Shown: positions 40,892 to 53,359 of the stretch, piece after piece
Position numbering within the stretch: position 1 is the stretch's first letter
Layout: every line of letters starts with the position of its first letter
From: Octopus sinensis
Lineage: Eukaryota
Assembly: GCF_006345805.1 (NCBI RefSeq)
Contig: NC_043006.1
Location: 83,390,001 to 83,454,000 of the forward strand
Direction: 5' to 3'
DNA length: 64,000 nucleotides
Translations under genes and position numbers: made by a program
Notes under the pieces: model-generated
The model's database searches: none
The model's input: the letters and a program-made list of their open reading frames with translations, nothing else
Told to the model about the DNA's origin: nothing

Positions 40892-41981
40892 CACACACAC
40901 ATACACTATACCTACGAAAAGAGAGAGGGAGTAAGAGAGCTAAAGTAGTCCTATAATTGACTTCTTACATATGGTGGCCTTGTATTATTCGTGTTTTACA
41001 AATGATAGTTTTATACTATTGCAAAAGCTAAATAAAAGTAATTGATATATAATATGTGTAGAGTTCTAAGAATCAACAAAACCTGCAGTTTTATTTTATC
41101 ATAAAGATAATTAATTTTTCCTCTCAAGCTACCGTATTATCTATAATATATGCTTAACTGAATATAAATATGCTTAACTGAAAGCATACAGATGTGCGTA
41201 TATATATATATATATATATAATAAATACATACATAATTTTGCCGACGAACTGTTGCTAATTTGGTATAACAGCAAGTAGCCATTGCAATTTGATATCTAC
41301 CGTGAGTAGGTGGCATTACAAACTGCACCAGTATTATCGTTTACAGTCTCATCCGTGACTGCACCCCTGAGGTAATGAAAGGACCAGTATAAAACTAACT
41401 ACCTAGGCAGGTTTATAGACGAATGCACTGAGAGATGATAGAATACATGTGTGCAGAACAGTCTACCTAATATAGTTGGAGAAATGGTAGCATATTGTCA
41501 CTCGGTTAGATTTTTAGCTTCTCATAGAACCAGCACCCTGAATCATAAAAATACACGTGTATATAAATAAATATATAAATAATGCCAACGATAAGATCAC
41601 TTTTGTATTTGGCGCATGTTTCTATTTTTGTTTGTTTGTTTTAGAGAAACTACTATACAACATTTTGTTTATCTATGTCTCGTAGCTTCTCGTTTCGGTT
41701 GTTCTTTTAAACGTTTCTTCAGACGGCGAGGATAAATAGCAAATGCGTCATTTCGACTCCGGCTGTACTCCAAGAATTTAAGTCTTTACCTTGACAGTAG
41801 AAAGAAACGGAAGCCAGGAGCGTGGGGTTTGTTTCTGGTGTCTGTGTTTTCCTTTCAATTTGTGTCGGTATTAGAAAGGGGGAAAAAGAGGAGATTACCA
41901 ACAAACAAAAAAGCAAAAAAAAAAAAAAACCCACAAAAGTCACCCGATTTTCTTGGCATTTGTAAACAGATATATATATAT

Positions 41982-42013
<32 letters not shown>

Positions 42014-42270
42014 AAAATACAAGAAAAGGAAATAAAATATAATGGAAAAAAGCGCAACAAATTAAAAATGTAATAAATAAGTGAAATTGCGAAAAAAAAA
42101 TTATAAATTAAAACGAAGCTCAAAAATGGATATGGAGTATAATAAATAAGTAAAACTTTCTACTGTGCAAAAAAAAAAAAAGATTGGATATATATTTTCG
42201 GGATTACCATTCCAGAATGTGTAAGTTGTGAATAAGAAGTGTTTTACATTTTATCGTCTGCTCATTGACA

Positions 42271-42370
42271 NNNNNNNNNNNNNNNNNNNNNNNNNNNNNN
42301 NNNNNNNNNNNNNNNNNNNNNNNNNNNNNNNNNNNNNNNNNNNNNNNNNNNNNNNNNNNNNNNNNNNNNN
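42271..42370. other. Assembly gap (100 N) beside a (TA)-rich tract
   Basis: Run of exactly 100 N, probably a placeholder of unknown true size. Confidence 0.99.
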
Positions 42371-42380
42371 ATATTTATAC

Positions 42381-42413
<33 letters not shown>

Positions 42414-42452
42414 ATTATATATATGTATATAATATAATATAGATATATTATA

Positions 42453-42492
<40 letters not shown>

Positions 42493-42516
42493 CATATATA
42501 ATATATATATATATTT

Positions 42517-42554
<38 letters not shown>

Positions 42555-43004
42555 TATTTATACATATATATATAATATATAGATTATATATATATATATA
42601 TATATATGCAGGAGACCGGTGGCTTCCCACCAACCCTAATACTCTTCCGGTTATCATACGTTATCAACATCTACCAAAATGTGTTCTCCTTTGAAATGAA
42701 AGTGGTAATTTTCTTTCAATACAATATATTAAAATTGTGGGAAACGGTAAAATTTATTCCGAAAACAAAAACAAAATAGTGTTACTGTTTTTTAAAAGAA
42801 TATTTCTTTTGAAGTAATTTGTTTTTGGATAATATTCAAAGAATAATTTTGAATCTTTTCTCAAAGGAGCACTTCATGAATTTTAAAATATTTATAAGAA
42901 GAACGTTTAGCCGTAACTGGAGAAAAACTGACAGAGAAACGAGGGGGACAAAAACATTATATATGTGTAAAGTGTGGTTTCTCATTTATGCACAAGGCCA
43001 GCAA

Positions 43005-43630
43005 TTTTAAGAGGAGGAGTAAGTGGATACCATCGACCCCAGGACTTGACTGGTACTTTATTTTATCGACGCTGGAGAGATGAAAGGAAAAGTTTACCTT
43101 GGCGTAATTTGAAATAAGAACGTAATATATCGGAAGAAAATACTGCTCTAATGCTTCTCTCGACTCAACGCCTTTGTGTGAGCGAAGAATAAAAATGAAA
43201 ACAAAAACATTCCCCCTTGCCTTTTCTCCCGAGACTCATCATAATAATTCTTTCTTAATTTGGAACAAGGCCAGCAATTCTGAGGGGTCAGGAAGTCAAT
43301 TATATCGACTCCCACTGCTCAATTGGTACTTATTTCATCGATCATGAAAGGATGAAAGACAAAGTTGACCTCGACGGAAATTGAACTCAGAACGTAAAGC
43401 CGGACAAAATACCGCTAAGAATTTTATCCAGTGTGCTAACGATTCTGCCAGTTCACCGTCAATAAAAATAAGGATTTCAAATTTTGGCACAAGGCCAGCA
43501 ATTTCGGGGAAGCGGGTACTTATTTTATCGACCCAGAATCGATGAAAGATGAAGTCGACCTCGACAGAATTTGAACTGAGAACGTAAAGACGGATGAAAT
43601 GTCGCTAAGAATTTTTGTACAGCGTGCTAA
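43005..43630 (-). mobile_element. Cluster of three diverged family B SINEs
   Basis: Three repeats of gtacttattttatcgac...gatgaaag...ttgaactcagaacgta on the minus strand. Confidence 0.75.
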
Positions 43631-45154
43631 CGATTCTGCCAGCCCGCTACTTTATGGGGGGGACTCGTCGATATAATGGTTCCTTTTTATATTAGGAATC
43701 ATGAAAACTAGCGGAACCCGTGGAAATTCCATGTTTAATGAATATTCATATTTCTAGTTTGATGTGTAAATGTATAAGACCTTTATAACATTGTTTGATA
43801 ATGTTCAATGTATCGATTATGTCTTCGATTTTCTCCCGTTGTAAAAACTGTTTGAAGCAGAGGTCGACAAACTGCTTATGTCGTAGACTTCGTCATGGGA
43901 TTATTGGTAACTTATTGATCCTCATCTTGTCAATTACTAAAATAAATCCAAACATAAAATTAAGGAAAACTTTCTTGATTTAAAATCAATACTTCCTTCG
44001 GTCTATATTTTACTGAAAAATATTTAAAGAAATTTAATGGAAATACTTAACGAAATTGATAAACAACAACAACAAATTCAGTCGTATTATGTTGATAAAG
44101 GGTAAAGACCCCCTTGGTCATGAATGACCATGGGATTGCACCTAGAAAGTTACTCTCCGAGCCACAAGTCTGGGCAAGGCTGTTTCTGGAAAACCAGCAG
44201 TCGCCTATGCATGCTAGCCTCCCCGCTCAACTCAACTGATGTTATCCAAGGGAAAAGAAAAGGCTGATACAACTTGGCACCAGTAATGCCGCAACTCATT
44301 TCTACAGCTGAGTGAACCGGAACAACGTGAAATAAGGTGTCTTGCTTAAGAACACAGCCCAGCGCGGTACGGGATTCGAACTCACTTCCTCATGATTGAG
44401 AGCCCGTAATATAGTCAGGATATTTAATGTACAATAAATGTTTGGTGAACGTTGTTATTGCATCAATGTTTGACGGGAAATTAGGGTATTTTAGCCTTAA
44501 ATTACTCAGCGGAAATTAATCAATTCTATTACATCTGGTTAATTACCATGCGTTATAATGACTGTTGGTTTACTGAAACACGTGTACGCTTTATAAAGCT
44601 AAAAATACCAGTTATATTTCCTGTGTTTATCATTACTGAAACGTGGCTTGAATTATGCACAAAATCCTATCCGGCACCTTGATGGTATCCATCTAACCAC
44701 GCTGAATGTAGGAGTGGCGAGCAGAACTTCCTACTTAGCCCAAACATTTGGTTACGTATCACACCCTCCAGTGCGCTTCTATACCACACAACATATATGC
44801 ACGCGCGCGTGTGTGTGTGATTAATTTCTCGCTACGGCACTTAGACTTATTGTAGAGGAGTCACTTAATCATCTTCACTGGCTTCCAGCTGTTTCTGATA
44901 TGAGAAGCAGTGCAATCAGAATTGAGTACGCGTGCAACATCCTATAGCAGAAACAGCTGTAAGGAAATGAAGGGGATTACGTGACTCCCGTTCTCTTCTC
45001 ATTCATTGGTACATGTGTATGTATATATATATATATAATGACATGTGTATGTATGTGTATATATATATATATGTTTGTATATTATATGTGTATGTATGTA
45101 TACATATACATATATGTGTATATCTGTATGTATATATATGTGTATGTATGTATG

Positions 45155-45221
<67 letters not shown>

Positions 45222-45227
<6 letters not shown>

Positions 45228-45380
45228 CCAGCTGATCCGATCAACGGAACAGCCTGCTCGTGAAATTAATGTGCAAATGGCTGAGCACTCTACAGACACG
45301 TTTGCCCTTAACATAGTCCTCAGGGAGATTCAGCATGACACATAGTATGACAAGGCTGGCCCTTTGAAATACAGGTACAA
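45222..45380 (+). repeat. Dispersed repeat; inverted diverged copy at about 10950-11090
   Basis: cagggagattcagcatgacac vs gtgtcacgccgaatctccctg; gagcactctacagac vs gtctgtggagtgct. Confidence 0.65.
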
Positions 45381-45577
45381 CAGAAACTGGAAGAAAGAGT
45401 GAGAGAAATTTATGGTGAAAGAGTACTACAGGGTTCACAACAACCCCCTGCCGGAGCCTCTTGGACCTTAACGTGTTTTCGCTCAATAAACACTCACAAC
45501 GCCCGGTCTAGGAATCGAATCAGCGATCCTAAGATTGCGAGTCCGCTGCCCTAACCTCTGGGCCATTGCGCCTCCAC

Positions 45578-45905
<328 letters not shown>

Positions 45906-45909
45906 ACAT

Positions 45910-45944
<35 letters not shown>

Positions 45945-47184
45945 ATATATATGTGTGTGTGTGTGTGTGTGTGTAATAATTATATATATATTAAGAACTT
46001 TCATTGTGTTTTGTTATGCGCATGATCCCTTGCTCCATAGAGAAATTACCTTGCATGAAACCAGTATAAAATATTAAAAGGTCAGGGGCCGTCGGTATAA
46101 GGGGTCGAAGTTAAACATTTTACAATATTTTGATAAATACCAATACACTCCACAGGGTTTCCAATACGAAGGCAGAGAGACGGCAGATGAATAAACACCA
46201 TTATGTTTTATTTATCGCCACTTTTCAGTTTCAACTAAATTCTAAGTTTTTTTGTTGTTGTTGTTGTTGTTGTTTGTTTTATGCCTTATCACTGCGACAC
46301 AATGCTTCTTCTGTACTTGATACGGTGTTAACAAATTCTAAATCATTTTCACTTACTCATCTTACGATATTTTACAATACAAAAAAGAAAACACCCTTTT
46401 CTTATCTGACATTACTAAGGTCACAATAATTCCAACAAATTTTTTCTTTTTGGGTTATTTGACTGGCCATGCTGGAACAAAAGCCTTCAAAGGGTTTACA
46501 TGGTCATATCGTCTGCGGAACTTAGTCGTTCGTTAAATAGAGATCAATAAAATAGGTTAGTACTTTGACATAAAAAACCTGAAGTCGATATACACCGATT
46601 CACACACACACGCATACACTTGTCAGAGATAGCCGACATGGAAGGAGAAATGGTGTCCGCCCTCCCCATACATATTGTGACAGGTTTCCCACAGTTTTTC
46701 GTATAGCAAATTCAATTCCACTCACAACCTTAGGCAATCGTACAAGACACTTGCCTAAAGTACTGCGTAGCAGAATCGAACCCGTTACCCCACAGTTGTG
46801 AAGCGGACTTCTTAACTAAACACCTATACCTTGCGCCTGTCACATACCTACATTTAAAAAAATTCGATGAAATTTACGTCTGTCTGTTTTAATAATATCA
46901 TTATCAGAAGTGTTACGTTGCTTCCTTCAACATGCAGTTCTTCACTTCTTTTTTCACGTCTCACAAAACGAGAAGATTTCAAATCATATTATTTCGACCT
47001 TGTGCAGGAGGTCGTCCATTTATCAGGTATTTTTATTTACCGTTAAGGTCATTATTTTCAAACAGGGCCCGTTTGGTTATTTTGTTTAGAAGTTGTAAAC
47101 ATTACATGTCCTATACGTTTCCATTTCATGTTGTTTTATCTGTTTGCTTTTAAGAGTAGTACTATTGTGTCTTGTTGACGAATG

Positions 47185-47390
47185 TTGAGGTGATTTGGCA
47201 TCATGGAGAGGATGGATGAGGAGCGGATAGTAAGGAGGGTGGTGAGGACAGAAGTGATAGGCAGTAGAACCAGAGGCAGACCTCGGTTTGTGAGGATGGA
47301 TGGAGTGAGGAAAGCTTTGTTGATTAGAGTGAGAGAGGCAAGAGAATTTATAAATGATAGGAAAACTTAGAGAGCGTTTGTCGACGAATG
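47185..47390 (+). mobile_element. RTE-clade LINE C-terminal fragment
   Basis: Frame reads LR*FGIMERMDEERIVRRVVRTEVIGSRTRGRPRFVRMDGVRKAL, the LRWxGHxxRM...RxRGRPR..W.D signature of RTE ORF ends. Confidence 0.75.
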
Positions 47391-48170
47391 AATGAATTTG
47401 ATGTTACTCAAAGGGGTACGGAACCAGCATGATGTGGTGGGGGTAAACCAGCATATGCTGTCGGACCTCGCTGCTGATATTGGGGGTTGCGTTCTATGCG
47501 TTAACCCGAGCAGAGAACGGGATTCGCTTCTTTGGGCTGGGAAATGAGTGGAATGCCTGGTGTGTGTCTTGTTGTGGCTACTTCCTCCTAAAAAAAAAAG
47601 TGGGGGATAGGTCTGGGTATAAAAAAAAATCTATTGTGTCTCTGATCTACAGACGCGAGAAGAAGAAATATATTCAATACGTGTAGTAAAGTTTATTCAT
47701 TTAATCAGAACGGAAGGGTTCCCTCCGTCTTTACTCTGAATAATTTCCTGTTTTGCACAGAATTGTGTTATAGAACGGACCCGGAAATATCTGAATAGCA
47801 ACTAAGGGAAACCTCTACTTCGAATAAATTGCTATATATTGCTGTATGAATGTGTGTGTGTGTGTGAATGTATATATCTGTATGTATGTATAATTTTTTA
47901 AATTCTCGAAGCACGCATAAAACTATAAATAATAGCTGGAAAACCTTTTTAGATAGAAGAGGTCAAAGGTTGTTCGTCGGACACGAACCCACGCCTCTTG
48001 TAGAATGACAGATGTTCTACCATTGTCCCACGAGATACCTTCGACTTTGTCTATGCAAAAGACGTTTTTCAACCCAATATTAATATGCGTTATAAGTACT
48101 TCGAGAATTCCAGAATACAATTATTTCACCTTCTCTTGAATCTTTATAAAATTTTTGACGTATACAATAT

Positions 48171-48201
<31 letters not shown>

Positions 48202-48334
48202 TCCATCCATTCATCTATATATATATACTAATATATGAATACACACACGCATGCATATATACATCCATTCATTCATTCATTCATATATATATATATACAC
48301 ACACACACATATATATATATATGTATGTATGTGT

Positions 48335-48542
48335 GTGTTTGTGTGTCTATGTTTGTCCCTTCCACCAACATCGCTTGACAACCGATGCTGGTGTGTCTAC
48401 GTCCCCGTAACTTAGCGGTTCGGCAAAAGAGACCGATAGAATAAGTACTAGGCTTACAAAGAATAAGTCCTGGGGTCGATTTGCTCGACTAAAGGCGGTG
48501 CTCCAACATGGCCACAGTCAAATGACTGAAACAAGTAAAAGA

Positions 48543-48545
<3 letters not shown>
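48335..48545 (+). mobile_element. SINE family A 3' half
   Basis: Near-consensus 3' half following a microsatellite. Confidence 0.85.
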
Positions 48546-48592
<47 letters not shown>

Positions 48593-49184
48593 ATATATAA
48601 TATATTTCCATCCATATTCATAACCCACTATTCCTGTCAGCATCTTGGGACCAAGGACATCGGACAGGCACTCATATCAGAAGCAAGCCTTAACAAAATC
48701 AAATGTTCCGGTTGGATCCGCAAGCAAACCATCCAAGGCTATAGATATTTGGACCAAGAATCTCGCCCATGGTCCACTTCGAGAATTCTTGCCAGTTGCC
48801 TTTAAAATCTGCGATTCTGCGAATGAGTGAGTGAGTGAATTTGTAAGTGATGGAGTGGCTTAGTGAGTGAGTGATTGAGTGAGTGAGTGAGTAAGTGCAT
48901 GCGCGCGCGTGTGTGAGTGATGGGCACTTCTACTTACCTGTTTGTTCCTTGATGATAATCCAGTTAATCCCTTTTGGTACTGTATCCACGTCTTTAGCCA
49001 ACGCTACTTGGTGTATATGTCACGCATCATACATATATACGCAGGTGCGCCACCGATTTTCCGGCAATTGATAGTCCGACACCTCCTTTAATCCGAATAA
49101 ATTACGAAGGGTGACTTGAAATTCCTGTAGCCACCACAGGTGGCATCGTTTGTACCGTGTGTTTACTTGCATTATTTAGATTAT

Positions 49185-49830
49185 ACATAAGGCAGAATCG
49201 TTAGCACGCCGGACAAAATGCATAAGTACCAGTTGATCACTGGAGTCGATATAATCGACTTACCCTCAGTCCCGATTGCTGGCCTTGTGCCAAAATTTGA
49301 ATCTATTATTTACACTATTATATAAGGCGACGAATTAGTAGAGTCATTAGCACGCCGGACAAAATGCGTAGCAGTAATTCGTCTGCCGCTACGTTCTGAG
49401 TTCAAATTCCGCCGAGGTCGACTTTGCCTTTCATCCTTTCGGGGTCGATAAATTAAGTACCAGTTACGCACTGGGGTCGATATAATCGACTTAATCCGTT
49501 TGTCTGTCCTTGTTTGTCCTCTCTATGTTTAGCCCATTGTGGGTAGTAAAGAAATAGGTAATTCGTTCGTCTTTACATTCTGAGTTCAAATTCCATAGAT
49601 GTTGACTTTGCCTTTCGTCCTTTCGGGATCGATAAAATAAGTACCATTTAGGTGTCTGTTATTGATGAAATAAGCACCAGTCGAGCGTTGGTGGGGGGGT
49701 CGATGAAATAAGTATCAGTTGAGTGCTGGGATTGATAGATAAGTACTTGTTGAGTGCCGGGTCGATGCAATCGACTAAACCCCACCCCACCCCCTATCCA
49801 AAATTTCAGGCCTTATTCCAATAGTAGAAA
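49185..49830 (+). mobile_element. Cluster/tandem of family B SINEs
   Basis: An internally deleted copy, then a full copy with tail1 and re-entry at 49558. Confidence 0.8.
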
Positions 49831-50089
49831 AAAATTATTTACGCTACACTGCTTATTTAGCTTACTGTTGGCCTTTGCAATGGTTACTATAGTTAAGAGA
49901 ACGGAGAGCGTCAGAAAAGCAGATAAAGTAGACCTGTTCATGGTACTTAAAATGTATAATTAATAGATTAGAGGTGTGTTGATGAATAAATATTGCATGA
50001 CCCAAGGCCTTGGAACCCAAGGATAACAGAAAATCAGTAGTTAACATCTTTCTCCCCCTCTCTCTCTCTCTCTCTCCCTCTCTCTCTCC

Positions 50090-50159
<70 letters not shown>

Positions 50160-50380
50160 AAGGCGGCGAGCTGGCAGAAGCGTTAGCATCTCGGGCGAAA
50201 TGCTTATCTGCCGTTACGTTCTGAGTTCAAATTCCACCGAGGTCGACCTTGCCTTTCATCCTTTTGGGGTCGATTAAATAAGTACCAGTTACACACTGGG
50301 GTCGATATAATCGACTTAATCCGTTTGCCTGTCCTTGTTTGTCCTCCCTGTGTGTAGCCCCTTGTGGGCAGTAAAGAAAT

Positions 50381-50381
<1 letters not shown>
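50160..50381 (+). mobile_element. SINE family B monomer inserted in a (GATA)n array
   Basis: Consensus match, with (GATA)n on both sides. Confidence 0.85.
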
Positions 50382-50460
<79 letters not shown>

Positions 50461-50467
50461 TAGATAA

Positions 50468-50581
<114 letters not shown>

Positions 50582-52077
50582 CACGGCAACACAGTATCGA
50601 CCAGACAAGAAGATGCTGTACACCGCTGGTCGCAATGTACTTCATGGAGTGTTTTAAAATAGTAAAATTAGTTTATATGAATTACTAGATTGTGGGACTA
50701 GAGAGAAAGTTAATTCATTTTACTATGATTAAGTGGAAGATTGAAATTCTTTTTTTATAACATTAATGATAATTTCGTTTTTTTTTTTGTGAATTGTGAT
50801 ATTTGTATACTTAATTTTAAATAATTGTTGTTATATTGTTTCTTAAGATATTTTTAATGTTATAAGGCTATTAGAGGTTTTGTTTAAATGGGTGAGTTGT
50901 AGATTTTGGAGGTTAGTTTGGTTATTTTGTAGGTCAGTATGTATTTTTAGGTTTAAAGCGCTGCTCCAGAGGGTTGACTTGGGACAAAACGTATCTAAGC
51001 CACTTCTGTAACCTCCTGTGATTTAAATGTCCGCTAACGAGGTTATAACGAAGCGTTGAGGATAAGACAAAGTCGGACTTCACTACCTGATTTAGCTTTC
51101 AGACACCTTAAGGCCACAATCAATCGCGATTACGTTTCAAGAATGATAAGTAGAAGAAAGAATGTAAATTTTTTGGTATGTTCTGCTATTTTTTTGTCAG
51201 CGGTGAATGGGTGCCGTATGGTTGAAGGGTTTAAAAAGTTCGCTTCGCATTCATGAAATTTCACGCTCGATGCTAAAGCGTGACATATTGAGTGATCATT
51301 TTAAAATACTTCTAACCACTTGAAATATTTTAAATTTTTACCAGATCTTTTCAAATTTTCTACACTAATGTGGTTTTGCATGCTAATGACGAAAATCACA
51401 TTCATTTTCTTGAAATTAATACTATAAAAGTTACAAGCATTTAAAATTATTCAATTTTTGCCAATCAGTTAATCGATTTGTTATTTACTTCCTTATTGCT
51501 ATATCTATTTCATACACTGTTATTATCGTGAAGGCAGGTAGGCACGCCCGTACATTTAAGAAGTTCATTTCGTAAACCACTTCCTCGACCGACAGAATTT
51601 CATTCACAAAGAATCACTGCATGGTCCCTTGTGAATGGAATTAAATAAATAGAAACTATGTGAAAGCCCCATCTGATCTACTGCACAAGTTGAGGGATGG
51701 ATTTACTGCATCACCCTGCTTAACACATAATACGATCTACTGAATTTTATTCGTAAGGGGCCACTGCATGACCCCTTTGTGAATGAAATTGAATAGGTGG
51801 AACCTGTGTGGAAGCTCTGTCTGATGTATTGCACATGTTGTTGAAGGATGCCCTTAATTCATCACCCTATTTTAACTCTTTGGGTGTCGTTAGCGGAGTC
51901 TACTCTGATGCAAACATTCAGACAAGAGTGTCTGCCCAGGGATAAGGTATGGTCCGTGGTTCTTCCTCTCTTTACTCCGTCAAACCCAAAGGCCCAGTAA
52001 ATGGTTACCGGGGCAGCTACCTACAGCAACTAAAGAATTCCTCCTTCGTCACATTCCACCTGATAGCTTCGCTGTTT

Positions 52078-52442
52078 CTTTTCTCTCTTATCTTTTATCT
52101 TTTATCTTTTATTTGTTTCGGTCATTTGACTGCGGCCATGCTGGAGCACCGCCTTTAGTCTAGAACTTATTCTTTGTAAACCTAGTACTTATTCTATCGG
52201 GTCTCTCTTGCCGAACCGCTAAGTGATGGGGACGTAAACACACCAGCATCGATTGTCAAGCGATGCTGTGGGGACATACGACAGGCTTCTTTCAGTTTCC
52301 GTCTACCAAATCCACTCACAAGGCTTTGGTCGGCCCGAGGCTATAGTATAAGACACTTGCCCAAGGTGCCACGCAGTGGGACTGAACCCGGACCCATGTG
52401 GTTGGTAAGCAAGCTACGTACCACACAGCCACACCTGCGCCT
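52078..52442 (-). mobile_element. SINE family A lacking the internal microsatellite
   Basis: Reverse-complement match. The halves join directly at gctgtgggacatacgacaggcttc, and the element ends about 110 bp before exon C. Confidence 0.88.
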
Positions 52443-52553
52443 ATGTTTTTTTTTCTTGCAGTTGCTCCGATTGTTTCGTTTTGGTTTGTATTGTTAGTAC
52501 GACATTAACTCTTCATTTTTTTAAATTCTATTATTCTATCTTCTTACCCACAG

Positions 52554-52904
52554 ATACGACTACAGCGGCAGTGCCTCCCCATATTCCACATATTCCTCAT
52601 ATCGTTCAGACAAATCTCCGTCCACACGTAAACTGGAACGACAGGTTTCAGCTCCTCTCGACTTCGGTACAGATTACAGACGTCGGAGCCGTTCGAGTAT
52701 CGACTACTCAAGCAGCCGAGACTACGGAAAAGATTACCCGCGAAGATCAGGGAGGTGTTTAGAAGTTAGTGCCCCGCCATCCATTCGCAGCAGTCGGCGG
52801 GCAGCAGAATCGTCTGTGACCACAAGATATCGCAGCAAACGCGACGCCAGAAGTGATTCCGAAGACAGTCTACCAGAAGCTGAAAAAAATACTCGTGATT
52901 TCAG
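52554..52904 (+). CDS. Internal exon C (RYDYSGSASPYSTYSSYRSDKSPSTRKLERQVSAPLDFG...DSLPEAEKNTRDF), 351 nt, phase 2-2
   Basis: ttcttacccacag acceptor (52551-53) and AG|GTACGG donor at 52905. The frame is open only in the phase that matches exon B (AG+A = Arg). Not in the ORF track in this frame because it lacks a start codon. Confidence 0.9.
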
Positions 52905-53131
52905 GTACGGCATTCTTGGCTAGGTTTTTCCGGTTTCTTTGTTGAATTAAATGCAACGAAATCTGCTTATTAAAATCACAAATAATGTTATCAACGTATT
53001 GTTACCAAAACTAAGGGCTTCCCAAAGTATTTATGTTTATTATGCCCGTTATTGCTATAGGAAATGTTTCATCCTAATGTCTTCTTAATAAATAACGAAT
53101 TCGATGTAACAAGATATTTCTTGGACTGCTT

Positions 53132-53168
53132 CCTTCTGAGGAAGGGTTTTGTCCGCGAAATATAAAGG
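53132..53168 (+). ncRNA. Candidate minimal hammerhead motif in the 455-bp intron
   Basis: CCUU-CUGAGGA-A-GGG(UUUUGU)CC-G-C-GAAA-UAU-A-AAGG: 4-bp stem I, intact core, stem II with one bulge, palindromic AUAU stem III, AUA triplet. Confidence 0.45.
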
Positions 53169-53243
53169 TTCTTGTAAAGTTTTAGGATCTTGTAAAGTAT
53201 TTTGCATTGTTAGAAGTTTTCTTTTCTACTTTTCTTTTTATAC

Positions 53244-53274
<31 letters not shown>

Positions 53275-53359
53275 TGTATGTATGTATGTATGTATGTATG
53301 TATGTATGTACACACACGCATATACATATTTATGTGTCTTTTCTTTTTGTTTTTCTCAG

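Noticed and set aside
41685-41722. Minus-strand CTGAAGA...GAAAC spacing
   Set aside because: No stem II, no stem I and no UH triplet; a chance match.
53250-53359. N-terminal MYVCMYVC part of the 607-aa ORF
   Set aside because: Intronic (TATG)n. The real exon starts after the acceptor at 53359.
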